DNA from: Octopus sinensis
Lineage: Eukaryota
DNA: 64,000 bases
NCBI RefSeq assembly: GCF_006345805.1
Contig: NC_042998.1
Span: forward strand, 160,270,001 to 160,334,000
Reading direction: 5' to 3'
This document shows positions 23,600-35,578 of this stretch, in pieces. The notes under the pieces are model-generated. The model had not been told where the DNA came from and did no database searches. It saw only the letters and a list, made by a program, of their open reading frames with translations. The position numbers and the translations under genes were made by a program. How positions within the stretch are numbered: the first letter of the stretch is position 1; every line of letters begins with the position of its first letter.

Positions 23600-24371
23600 G
23601 ATGCATGCACTACATCAGATCTAAAAGGTTCTTAAACAAACTGAAAAATCCAGCAGAAGAAGATTTGATTTGGTTTTTCTCAAATGCGAAAAACTTTGGC
23701 GAAGATCAAAAAGTTAACAGAAGAAATGACAGATGGCAATGTGCAGACGCTTCTGAAGTTCCAAGTGTTATGCATACAAAATTGCCTGTAACTGTCATGG
23801 TTGTCAGCATTGACGGACATGTGATGCTTCCTTACTGCTTTCTACAAGGCCTTAGAGTTAACTCTGCTGCCTGCATTGAGGTTCTGGAAACAATTGTTAA
23901 TCTTTGGATAGACAGTATATACAATGGAAGGTCATATGTGTTTCAGTAAGACACTGCACTATCACACATGTTTCTAGTAACACAGGAATGGATGGCTGAA
24001 AATTTTCATGATCGTATAACCCTTAATATTTGGCCTCCTAATTCCCCGGATCTCAATCCATTGGACTATTACATGTGGAGCGTTGTTGAAAGAGAGGTAA
24101 ATGAACACTGACATGACACCAAAGATTCTTTGAAAGCTGCCATAGTCAGAGTAATGTCCAAAATGAACCAGGACCAACTGATTCGAGCATGTGGGTGATT
24201 TAGATCTCATATAGAAGTTGTTGTTGAAGTGGAAGGTGGCTTTATTGAATAACATTATAGAAAAGAAAGTTTATTTTTATCTTCATGGCATTTTTTGATA
24301 AATAAAGTTATCTGTTATTATATATGTTTTTTATAAACATAGATCTGTCCTCAAATATCTTATGCACCCTG
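23600..24371 (+). mobile_element. maT (DD37D) Tc1/mariner relic, left part missing
   Basis: Translation FQ*D-TALSHM...WPPNSPDLNPLD-YYMW has 37 residues between the two Ds. NDR..VMHTK.P.TVMV lies upstream and EGGFIE* ends the frame. The right end is tcttatgcaccctg followed by TA. Confidence 0.9.
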
Positions 24372-27085
24372 TATGTATATATACATATATATATATATAT
24401 ACACACACACATACATATATGCCATACTATGAGGTGGTATAATGTTATCAAGCTCATAAGGGAAGAGTCCATTTAGTTTCATAAAAATACAGAAAAAGTT
24501 AGTAGTTGTATAGTATTAGTGAGTGAAGAGTTGACTATCTGAGAAATGGTATTTACCATGTTTGGGAATTGCAGCTGAGATGGACCATATGTGCAGTCTA
24601 CTTGCTAAAGAAAGCAAATAATGTATCATGATAGGTGAGTGTAGATAGTTAATTATCACTTATCATTTTGATTCTGAATGTTGATTAACCTTTGAATTAA
24701 AAAAGAAAAAAAAAGAAGGAAAAAAGAAAACCTTGAGGATTTTCTTTATTTCGAACTTAGAATGAATACAAACTCTTTTGATTAAAAATATTTGATTTAA
24801 AACATTCAGAGAAGTCTATGTAGATTACTATTGCTTCAATTGTAATTTGGCGTATTTAAACTTTTGATTGTCCTCTGTACTTGCTAAGTTAGTTAAAGAT
24901 TCCATAACTAACTTTTCTTGTTGATGACTAGTTATTACTCATTATGCCTAATTAAATAAATGTGGAGACTGAAAAATGGTGTCAGAGAAAGGTCATACTT
25001 ATGTGTTGTTCAAGGCATTTGGCTTAAGAGGAACCAAGGAGATTTCCGAAGGCTTATTTACGACACCCAAGAGTAGAACAAAAATAATTTCTTACTGGTT
25101 AGATTTTCATTAATGTTCTGACGTCTTTTGAACAGTTAACTTCCCGAAGGTATTTCTTCAATGAGGTAGTTTTGTTTTGTGAATTAGGTCAGGCAAACTG
25201 AAATATGATAAAGACACGACCTTCTAACTTGCTAACTTCAAACTTTCTTTTCTTGTCTCTTTGAGATGAAATTTTCTCGGCTCCAGGTCTGATAAACAAG
25301 ACTTATAATGATTATATGCAAAGCAGTGTAAAGTTGAACCCCAGTGAGGATTGTGTTAAATACAAATACAAAAAAGAAAAGGGTTACTAAAAAATGCATG
25401 CAAAAAATATCATAGGAGTTGTTACTAAGGGAAATGGGAAGAAAAAATAATATTGGTAAAAGAGAATGGGAAAAGAAATGCTGAAGAATAAAGAACAATG
25501 AAAGAGAAAAAATGAAATCTTTTCATCAGCTTTGACACAAGGGACTCACTTAGAAAACTTGCCCTGTTGCCAGCTAGATCTAATAAGGGCATAAATTATA
25601 GGTCAAGTTAGAGAATCCAAAAAGATTTTCTACTGATGGGTGTCAGGGGAGTTTCTGCCGATATCAGAAACTAATGAAGTGTGAAAGCTTCGAAGTGATT
25701 TTGACATAAACAAAATTAAGACAAATTGTGGCGAGAACTCTTGAAAGGAAGCTTGTATGAGCAGACATGGTGGGTAAGTTTGGTGAGATATATCTAGTTA
25801 ACCATAAAATGTTTGCAGGCTTACCCCAACAGCTTCACCTCCCTTCCTTCCCATGTCCAAAGTAACTTTCTGCAATTATCAAATGGTTAGGAAATAGTTG
25901 TTTTGTTAATCGTCAATTTCTGTTTGGCTGAGTACTCAATCAGAAAGCCACAAAAATGGATATACATGGCTTCAAATAAATAATCACTCAACTGAATCTT
26001 ACTTCTGTTCCATTAGTTTCAATCTTTTGGAAATTATCTATTTATTCTTTAGTTATTTTTTTATCAAGGGAGTTGGTGGCCATTTTTTTCTCATCCAGTT
26101 TATTTTTTCCTCTCTCTCTTATATAGATTTTTTTTCTCTTTCAGTCATTTTCTTTCTACATTTCAATGGTTGAGTTATTGTTGCTAATGTAATTTTTTTC
26201 TTTTTTGATTTCTGTTCTTTTTCTTTCTTTTTTTTTTTGTGAGTGCCATCTTAGCACACAAGTTGGTTAACTCATATTATAGATGTGATCTATTTAACAA
26301 CTGCCTGGTTTCTATATCCTTTTGTTTTTACAAATGTCGAATATTTTTTCTTTCTTTTGATACTTTATCTTCCATTCATTCCTTCTATCATCATCACTTT
26401 CTCGACCATCTTCGTCTCCACCCCTCCTCATCACCATTACCACTACAACAACCACCACTGCTATCATCACTAAGACTGCCACCTCTACAATCATCATCAT
26501 CATTTATTTGAATATATATATATATATATATTCAAAAAGTAAATTAAAAATTCCATTTCAAAGAAATCTCATTATCTAGATATTAAAATCTCATTCAGAT
26601 GAAGATGTAGACTTCAAGTGACACAAAAATTTGTTTAATGTAAAATATGGAAAGATAAGCTAAATGGTGTTCATGTTTTATTTAACAGTATGACATACAA
26701 TAAAGTCCTGTAAATCCATGAATGTTAAAAGCAAAGAAACAAATAATACTCTGAATGCAGTTGTTTAGCCCCGGGTTAGAATTGATTCAGCAGATTTATG
26801 ATAAAATGTATTGCAGCTATCCACTTTTTTTTTCACTGGAATAGTGTATCTAGGACTACATTATCTAATATGTCTGCTGGAAGTGTTGGACAATGTCAAC
26901 CAACATGAGTTTTCTCACTTTTGTTTGTTCTTTTAGTAATTGTCATTAGTTTGTCTATCAAGAATATTTATAGAAATTAATAATTTTTTTTCTGTCTTCC
27001 ATCTCCAGTTTTCATTTGTATTGTGTGACAATTTTATATTGGGCTGAAGAATTTAGCATTTCATACATTATTGACATTTATTTAG

Positions 27086-27259
27086 CCCTTTTGCATTTAA
27101 GCAGGCCAGATCTGGCATGTCACACTACCCAAAAATGTCATTCTAAGAATAAGCAATTATATCATCAAAATCTCAAAGCTACAAAACAATGCATGATTAA
27201 TTCAGAATGATGTGAATAACAAGCGTTACTTTTGACGGAGTAATGTGAACACTAATGGG
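27086..27259. mobile_element. piggyBac-like MITE
   Basis: Ends cccttttgcatt ... actaatggg-TTAA, with the left target site degenerate (ttag). The body is shared with 11165-11388. Confidence 0.6.
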
Positions 27260-28029
27260 TTAAAGAGCTTTAGGGTGCAGAACTAATAGTAAAATTCTTG
27301 CCTTATTTGCATTCTTACTTTATAAATAACACTTCAATTTACTGATTTGTTCCATGTGAGGAGGTTAGTTTACTGGAAAAAAAAAAGACAACAGAAAACC
27401 CCTGATAAAAGAAGTTAAACATCAAAATTCTTGCTAAATCTTTAATTCTGATCTAATATTGGCAGATTAAGATAAACAACCACTTGAAGGTTTCTAACTG
27501 GTTAAAGTATTATCCTTGTAAAACATTGGATTAAAAATGCCCACTAACCTCACTTTGGAAAAAGAACAAATAAAAGAAACAAAAACAAAAAAAAAAAACG
27601 GCAAAAAGCAAAACAAAACAAAAATGTTCACATTATTCAAGTTTTGTTATAATTTAAAAAATGAAAACAAAGACAAAAGTCACTGTAAGACAGAGTATGC
27701 ATTTCAAAGGAAGAAGAATGTGTGTGTGTGTGTATGTTTACATGCATGCATGTGTGTTTTCAGTGAGGTTTTCTTTTTGCTTTAGCCAAGTAGTCAGTTG
27801 CTGGATTCAGATATAGATTTGTTTGTAGAGCAGAGAATAAAATGCCATGCAATATTTTTTTGTTATAGCTCTTTATAGTCTCAGTTCAAATTTCAATGAG
27901 GTGAATTTTGTTTTTTATTCTTCTTAGATTGATTGAATAAATACCATCAATGTACTAGGGTTCAATTAAATAAATTAAGCCTTCTAAATTTCTGGTCATG
28001 TTCCTATGATAAAAACAATTTTCATTAAA

Positions 28030-28930
28030 AAAAAAGAATGTATGGTAGATTGGCAACATCACTAAAGTGTTAGGGACAATACCTTGTGGTATTTGTGTCT
28101 GCTTTTTATGTCCTTGACAAATTTCAACGAGGCCTACTTCTACTTCCATCCTTTTAAGATCAATAAAATGAAGTACCAGTTAAATATTAGGGTCATAATT
28201 ATTGGTTTCAGATTTTTGCATGAGGCCAGCAATTTCGGGGAGGGGGATAAGTTAATTACATTGACCCCAGTGTATAACTGGTACTTATTTTATTGATTCC
28301 AAAGGGGTGAAATGCAAAGTATACTCTGGTGGAATTTGAACTCAGAATGTAAAGGTGGACGAAATACCACTTAGCATTTCGCTTGTCATGCTAACCGTTC
28401 TGTCCCCTCAATAATAATAATAATAATAATATTAATCAGCCTTTCTCCTGTAGGCACAAGGCCTAAAATTTTGTGGGGAGGAGGATATGTCATTTACATT
28501 TACTCCAGTATGTAACTTGTACTTAATTTATTGAACCAGAAAGGATGAAAGGCAAAGTCGACCTTGGCAGAATTGAACTCAGAATGTAAAGATGGATGAA
28601 ATGCCTCTAAGCATTTTGCCTGGTGTGCTAACAATTCTGCCAAATGATAATAATAATTATAATACTTTCTATTATAGGCACAAGGCCTGAAATTTTGGGG
28701 AGGGGATTAGTCAGTTACATCGACCCAGTCTTTGACTGTACTTATTTTATTAACCCCGAAAGGATGAAAAAACAAAGCTAACAATGGTGGAATTTGAACT
28801 CAGAATGTAAAGACGATGAAATGCCACTAAGTATTTTGCCTGGCATGCTAATAATTCTGCCAGTTCACCACCTTAGGGGTCATAATTATTGACTGTCCCA
28901 TCTACAAATTTCTGGTCTTGTGCCTATCTG
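28030..28930. mobile_element. Cluster of four family-B SINEs (one +, three -) plus a + tail fragment
   Basis: + copy about 28030-28200. - copies about 28205-28410, 28450-28645 and 28675-28870, separated by (TAA)n-like tracts. Confidence 0.85.
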
Positions 28931-30299
28931 AGAAATTAATATTATTTTCAAAGAAGGAAAGAAAAAACAAAAACAAAACAAAACAAAGTAAACAAATGAA
29001 AAATTGAAATCAGTGTTGTGTCACACTTAATGTAACAAGTATATATACATATGTTTGTATATGCACATATATTTCTGTGCATACATGTGGATATCGAACT
29101 TGTGACAGTTCTTTTTGTTGCTTGTTTGTCAGGAATGTTCTGACTTAATTTGTTTTTTATTTTTGTAAAGTTGAGCAACAATCAAGCAAATGTACCCCAC
29201 CCCACCCCCTAATTCATATTATTTTTTACTTATTCAGTTTCAGGACTTATTATGTTAAGAATAAAACATCTTCAAAAAGTAATAAATGCTTTATTAATAA
29301 ATAGGAGAGGGATAGACATAGTGTGCATATCTATAATTATTTTATCATCAATATAAATAATATGTAGCTCTTTTGTTACTGAAGGTGGTAAAGGAGACAT
29401 GACATGATACTTATTTATTATTATTATTATTTTCATTATTATTATTTTGTGTGAAACATTTACATCAAAAGCCTATTACACTCTTTTATATCTACTTCAG
29501 TTATTCATATGATGGATGGATTAAGTTGTGCAGAAACAAGTCCTTTTACCAATCCTTTGATTGACACTTTTTGTTATACATACTTAATTCTGAATAAAAA
29601 TAAGATTAGAAAAATATTTAGAGGCGAGTCATCTTTTACTTCAGTGAATTTGGTTTATTGAAGTAATGCTAAGAAAACTATTTGCAAATTGATTTCATTG
29701 CAAAGCATTTGTATCAATTCACAAGACTTTGTGTCATAAAATGTTAGTGCAACACACACACACAAATGCACACATATGCATGTGTGTATATATACATACA
29801 TATATGTATATATATATGCATTTATATACATGTGTATGTATGTATATGTGTGTATATATATGTATGTTATGCATGCACACTTATGTGCGCACAGTGACAT
29901 GCATTTCAGGTAAATCTCTTGTGACTTGAAAAACCAAAAGTTACTCACAACTTGTTTAATTCTTTTCTTATTTTATGTTTTGTAGTATTTGTTCTATTTA
30001 TATTTAATGTTTTTTTTATCTCCCTTAATGTTATTCTCCATTCACTTCCTATTTTGGGTTCCAGTTACCATTTGTTATGCACTTCATTTTTCCATGTTAC
30101 ATCTTATACACCTGAATGCTATTAAATATTTCATTTATGAAATAAAACCTTGTTTCGTTAAAGGGTTAAGAGTTTCTTTACGAAGAAAAAGGGATAAAAA
30201 CTATGAATTCCTTTAGTTACATTTATTTGAGATTCTATGTTTTTTTACATTGATTTATGCTTTATTTTTAACCAATTATGCAAAGCATTTTGTTTAAAG

Positions 30300-30370
30300 C
30301 TGGGGTCTCCAACCCCCTGGTTGTGGACCAGTATTAGGCCATGGATCATTTGGCTGCACAGAAAGAACAA
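30300..30370 (+). mobile_element. hAT/Charlie-type MITE terminus
   Basis: ctggggtctccaaccccctggttgtggaccagt..ggctgcacag resembles CAGGGGTC.CCAACC.. Charlie/MER1-type ends. The other end was not found. Confidence 0.45.
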
Positions 30371-31099
30371 ATTTTAAAACTGTATTCCTATTTTATTGAT
30401 TATAGCAGTCTCAGGGTGTTTTTGCATTACATACATGCATGCATACATACATACATACATACATACATTCATAAAAAATCTGTCTGTGTTTGGACTGTCT
30501 TTGCATAGGGGCCATCTGGATTCCTGCTTTCGCCATGAACAGGAATTTATCTTCTCTCCTTGCTCCTTTGCACCACATGGGCTCAACTCACCTACTCTCT
30601 TCATCTGACACCTACCTCACCTTCTCTCTTCATTTGATACCAACTCACATCACTCCACACACTAGCACTAGCTACTTCCCAGCACCCACACCACACACCA
30701 TCATCCACACATCCACACACAATCTTCAATAGTGTCACCACACATACCACTATATGAGCAGTCACACACACTGTTTAACTCAGTACACACACCACACACC
30801 ATTGTATACACTCCCACATTCACACAAGTACATAATATCTGAACCCAGGCTATATATACATGCACACACAACATGCATTAACACACAATATACATAGACA
30901 AAAATTAATTTCACCCACATATATATACCATATACCTGCACACTGTTTGGTTACAGACACACACACACACACACACACCACGTGAAAAGCACACCTTAAC
31001 TGCTATATACATGTTACACATGCACACACTAACATGCACCAGTCATTTGCCCCTATTCACACGGACACACACACACTCACACATACCTTTCTCACATAC

Positions 31100-31375
31100 A
31101 CACACACATGCACACCTTTTTTGGGGATCACTAGCATTTTATTATCTCCCTTTCTTTCAATCCTTTTCCCAATCATTTGCCATGCTAGTCTGCTGAAATC
31201 GACAAGTTTTTTTTCATTCTCTCTCTGTTTATTTTCTCTTATTCCTTTCTGCTGAAGAGTGCAGACTCGAAACGTAAAAGACTTTTTTTATTTTCCTGCG
31301 TGTCAAACTAATACAGTTGCTTGTTGTCCATACACCTATCTTCGTCTTTTGTTTTTCTATAAATTTCAACTATAT
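31100..31375 (+). mobile_element. Probable Penelope-type pseudo-LTR fragment with a hammerhead-like motif
   Basis: ctttCTGCTGAagagtgcagactcGAAACGTAaaag folds as a minimal type I hammerhead. The PLE link is inference from the known association of such motifs with PLE pLTRs. Confidence 0.5.
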
Positions 31376-32059
31376 ATATGTGTGTGTGTGTGTAATATAT
31401 GTAATAATTAAATTATATATTATGCATTTTATGTTTTGCGATCCTAAAACCAAGGTGTCATGTGAAAAGCTTTAGTGTGGGAGCTGGTGCCATGTAAAAA
31501 GCACCTAGCATACTCTATAAAGTGGTTTGGTGTTAAGAAGGGCATCCATCTGTAGAAATTAAACTAAAATAGACTATGGAGCCTGGTCTAACCCCTGACT
31601 TTATCAGTTCCTGTTAAGCCTGCCAATCCATACCAGCATGAAAATGAATGTTAAAAGATGATATATATATATGATCCCCAAGTCTTTAGAAAAATTGTCT
31701 TGCATGAGACCAGTCTGTGGTACAAAAAGAGATTGGAGGCAGCTGGTTTGAAGCAATGAAGAGTTTATATTATTAATGAGTATGTCTTAACTCTTCCATG
31801 ACTATATTTGTAATGGGTAAACAGATTATATGTTTCAGTTATTTTTCAATATAATCTAAAATTTGGTGGGATTAAATAGAATATTTGTAACTCTGTATGT
31901 TTTTCTATCCTTGTGTTGATTATCTGCAATCTTATGGGATTTTGATGAAAGTATAAACATTTTACTTTGAATGGTCTTGTTCAGATTCGAATTAGAAGGA
32001 TTATTGTTGAAAACAGAATCCAAATTTATAAAATTATAATGTATACATACATATATGTA

Positions 32060-33698
32060 TACATTCACCATCTTCACCATCACTAACAGCAAACTCCATA
32101 ACAACTATGGAATTTACACCTGCAATGCTGCGACGTCACCTTCAAAATAAGCGCAACTATGCCCCCCCTGGTCTCGATGGAGTTACATACCTGCTTCTCA
32201 AACGTGGCAGGCACTTCCTTTTACACCAGCTTTCTATTTTCTTCCAGTACTGTCTCAACAATGGTGCTACTCCGGAGCAGTGGAAAACTGCCAGTGTCAT
32301 TCCTCTGTTCAAAAAGGGCGACTGCACATCACCTGTCAACTATCGCCCAGTCAGTCTCACTAGCTGTATTGCAAAACTGATGGAATCGTGTGTCAGAGAA
32401 ACACTCTGGAACTTCTGGAGCTCTCACAGTCTCATCCGACCCTCACAATATGGATTTGTCCCTAACTCCAGCTGCAGTGACCAGCTTGTCGAGTTCCTTG
32501 AGGACATTACTCAGATTACTGACAGTGGCTCATGGGTGGATGTTGTCTACCTTGACTTTGCTAAGGCTTTCAACTCTGTGCCACACAAAAGGCTTATGGT
32601 GAAACTCTCTGCAATGGGTGTGGGGGATGACCTTTTTAACTGGTTGAAATCCTTCATCCTCAGCCGAAAGGAGGTAGTCACAGTTCTAGGACAGCACTCT
32701 ACACCATATGAGATGTCATCGGGTGTACCACAGGGATCTGTCCTTGGCCCCCTCTTGTTTGTGGCATACATTAACGACATAGATGCCAATTTAAAGAATG
32801 CCACAGTATTGAAATATGCAGACGACATCAAGCTGTACCTTGAAATCAAGAGGACAGATCCTGATGTCTACAACTCTTTCCTGCAATCAGACCTAGACAC
32901 AATGCAGCAATGGATCACAGACTGGCAACTGAAACTGGCTGTGGACAAGTGTACCACCATGCATTTTGGGAGAAAAAACCCTGCGTTCACATACTCCCTC
33001 CACAACACTGATATCAAGAAATCCTCTTGCGAGCGTGACCTAGGCATCACTGTCAGCAGTGATCTGCGTTGGTCAAAGCATATCTCTAAGATTGTCAGGA
33101 AGGCCGAGGGTGTCTTGGCATCACTCAGCAGGTCTTTTGTTAGCCGCTCTCCAGCCATCTATTTAAAACTGTATACAGCTATGGTACGACCACACTTGGA
33201 ATTCGCATCATCAGTTTGGAACCCCTATCTTGCACAGAACATTGACCTCCTGGAATCTGTCCAGAGACGTGCAACCAAACGCATACCCTCCATCAGACAC
33301 CTACCGTATTCTGAGCGCCTTGTTTCCCTGGGCATGGATTCACTGAAGCTCCGGCGTTTGGCGACGGACTTGGTAAACACCCACAAAGTTATCAACCACC
33401 TCACCAACAACAACACTGAACACCTTTTTGATCTCCATGTGTCTAACACACGTGGACATGCCTACAAAGTCAGAAAACAATACAGCTCCCATGACTTTCG
33501 GAAACATTTTTTCACGCTCAGAGTTGCTGAAGCATGGAATAAACTGCCTGCGTCAGTTGTTGACTGCCATGACACTGCATCTTTTAAGGCCCTCATGCTT
33601 TCCGAAATCCGCCGAAACTTCACCTGATTATATATACACTTTAGATGAGTTGTAGTGCACCTGAGCACTGTACACAATTATTATTATTATTATTATTA
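32060..33698 (+). mobile_element. Young 5'-truncated CR1/L2-group LINE with (ATT)n tail
   Basis: RT ORF without stops. 3' UTR stem-loop AGTGC/GCACT at 33654-33669 and (tta)n tail to about 33698. GC is clearly higher than the flanks. Confidence 0.95.
32107..33627 (+). CDS. LINE ORF2 reverse transcriptase (no endonuclease domain; 5'-truncated)
   Basis: 506 aa with PGLDG, PLFKKGD..NYRP.SL, VVYLDFAKAFNSVPH, SGVPQGSVLGPLLF, YADD, ERDLG and TRGH. The frame stays open for at least 15 codons upstream of the ATG, so the ATG is not the native start. Confidence 0.95.
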   Translation: MEFTPAMLRRHLQNKRNYAPPGLDGVTYLLLKRGRHFLLHQLSIFFQYCLNNGATPEQWKTASVIPLFKKGDCTSPVNYRPVSLTSCIAKLMESCVRETLWNFWSSHSLIRPSQYGFVPNSSCSDQLVEFLEDITQITDSGSWVDVVYLDFAKAFNSVPHKRLMVKLSAMGVGDDLFNWLKSFILSRKEVVTVLGQHSTPYEMSSGVPQGSVLGPLLFVAYINDIDANLKNATVLKYADDIKLYLEIKRTDPDVYNSFLQSDLDTMQQWITDWQLKLAVDKCTTMHFGRKNPAFTYSLHNTDIKKSSCERDLGITVSSDLRWSKHISKIVRKAEGVLASLSRSFVSRSPAIYLKLYTAMVRPHLEFASSVWNPYLAQNIDLLESVQRRATKRIPSIRHLPYSERLVSLGMDSLKLRRLATDLVNTHKVINHLTNNNTEHLFDLHVSNTRGHAYKVRKQYSSHDFRKHFFTLRVAEAWNKLPASVVDCHDTASFKALMLSEIRRNFT

Positions 33699-34024
33699 TA
33701 TGCCTTTGATGTGTAGAAAAAAAGCAGCAGTCAACAAACTGTAAAATGCTCCATTGAGAAATTAACAGAATTGAAAAAAAAAAAAAAATTTACATTGTTA
33801 TAATTCCTCTCATAGCTAGGACTTCTCATATTTAAATTTATTTTAACTCTTTGAATTGAATTGAATTGAATTGTGCATAAAAAATATATATTGTTTACTT
33901 AATTATGAGCTATTTGTATGAATGTGTGTGTTGCTATTCTGAGAGTTTCTTGATTTATGTGTGGTCACTGTGGAATCACAAATTTTGGTTTAACAGCAGA
34001 GAGTCATTTCAGTAACAGAGATTA

Positions 34025-35578
34025 CCATAAAAACCCACATAATTTGCACACCTGTGTAATCTACACAGGTGATTTTTCTGGATAAAAATTTAAAAAAAAG
34101 CTTCTACTTGCGTAAAATTCACACCCAAAGTTTTCAGAATTGCCGATATGGCCAGGGGGCAAAGGTTTTCAATTTAGTTGTATTTAGCATAATTTCACTT
34201 AACTTATGATTAGATTTTATTATATTTTACTTAAATAAAAATAATTTCTGTTTAACAGGTATCACATTGAAAGTTATTACATTATGAAGTGTTTGTGTTG
34301 TTTATAATAAACTTTATTTTACATTTCTTGCCCACAAGAGATTATGTACAATCTTTAGTATACTTCTGTATATCTTTGCAAATCACGATCACAGGAAATG
34401 TTGTTGCCAATTCTTATCAACAAAAAGCTGATAAATACGCACAAATGTTGCAAAATAAGTTTAATTACCATTAAACATCAGCCTGGATGACACTTTACTC
34501 GACCGACAGAGGAAGGTGATCAGTCAAACTAATTATGTAAACAGAATTCTGATCGGTTGAAGGTGTCTTCTTGTCTCAAGCTCTGATTTTCTGCCTATTC
34601 GTGTCGGAACCTTTGATATGGAGTATCAAAATTTTAATTCCTTTCAAACTTACAAAATGTCAAGCAAACTTTAAAATTCACCATTACTGTTTTAGCTGGG
34701 AGACCAACCCGATAGTTTGGTAACCTGCTAAAATAAACATTAAAAATGGAAAGGAGAAAATAAATAGCTTTGCAAGTTTAACTTATTGAATAAGAGAGGT
34801 GCGAAATTTAAGAAGCAACTTGTTAGAATATACATGTCTGTGAGGAGACATAAACAAGAATAGCAAAAATCTACTGTACCAAAAGAATTGGTAATACATA
34901 CATTACAAGTGTTCTATGAAGAGAACATAAGATTGCTGCATAATTCAACATGAATGTAAAACATCATTACACATCGTATAAGGTAACTGAAGGTTTTTGC
35001 AGGAATGCTGAGTCATATTCCCTTAGTGAGTTTACATGCACAAGGATGAATTATGATGTTGTTATTGGCATTAGATGCAGAAGAGCTGGTAGTAGCAATG
35101 TTGGCAGTGATGAATTACATTGTCCTAACACAGAGAAAGCGAGCAATAGCTTCCTGGAGGCAAATGCAAGCTAGACTTCTTAAGTGGAGAAAAACTGATC
35201 TAGTTAAGGAAATTGCTTCTCTCCATTGCGATAGGTAGAAAGTTCAAGCAATGGCCAAGACCGTGATTACCAGCATGAACGTTAAACTTCAAAAGGCAGT
35301 TAACTATTTAATGGTTTTAGTAAATTTATATAGAAAAAGTAAGCATTATACTGTCCTGCTTAAATAAAAGTCAACTTCATTATATTTTTCTGTAAAGACC
35401 TATTCTGATATTAAATGAGTGAAATTCCTGTACAAATGTTTACATTTATACATCACTTTTCAACAAAAAAATTTCTAAAAACATTCTGGAAACAATCTAT
35501 TCATGTAATTTATGTATCCTGTAAAGTTTATTTTTGTTTTTGCAAAAAAAAGTAAATAAATTACATGGGTTTTTACGG
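34025..35578. mobile_element. 1.55-kb non-autonomous Tc2/pogo-type DNA transposon
   Basis: TIRs ccataaaaacccacataattt / aaattacatgggtttttacgg (3 mismatches) with TA on both sides (34023-24, 35579-80). Subterminal hairpin cacctgtgta-atc-tacacaggtg at 34049-34071. Confidence 0.7.

Noticed and set aside
32157-33677. Antisense and alternate-frame ORFs over the LINE (also 20586-20894)
   Set aside because: Shadows of the GC-richer RT frame.
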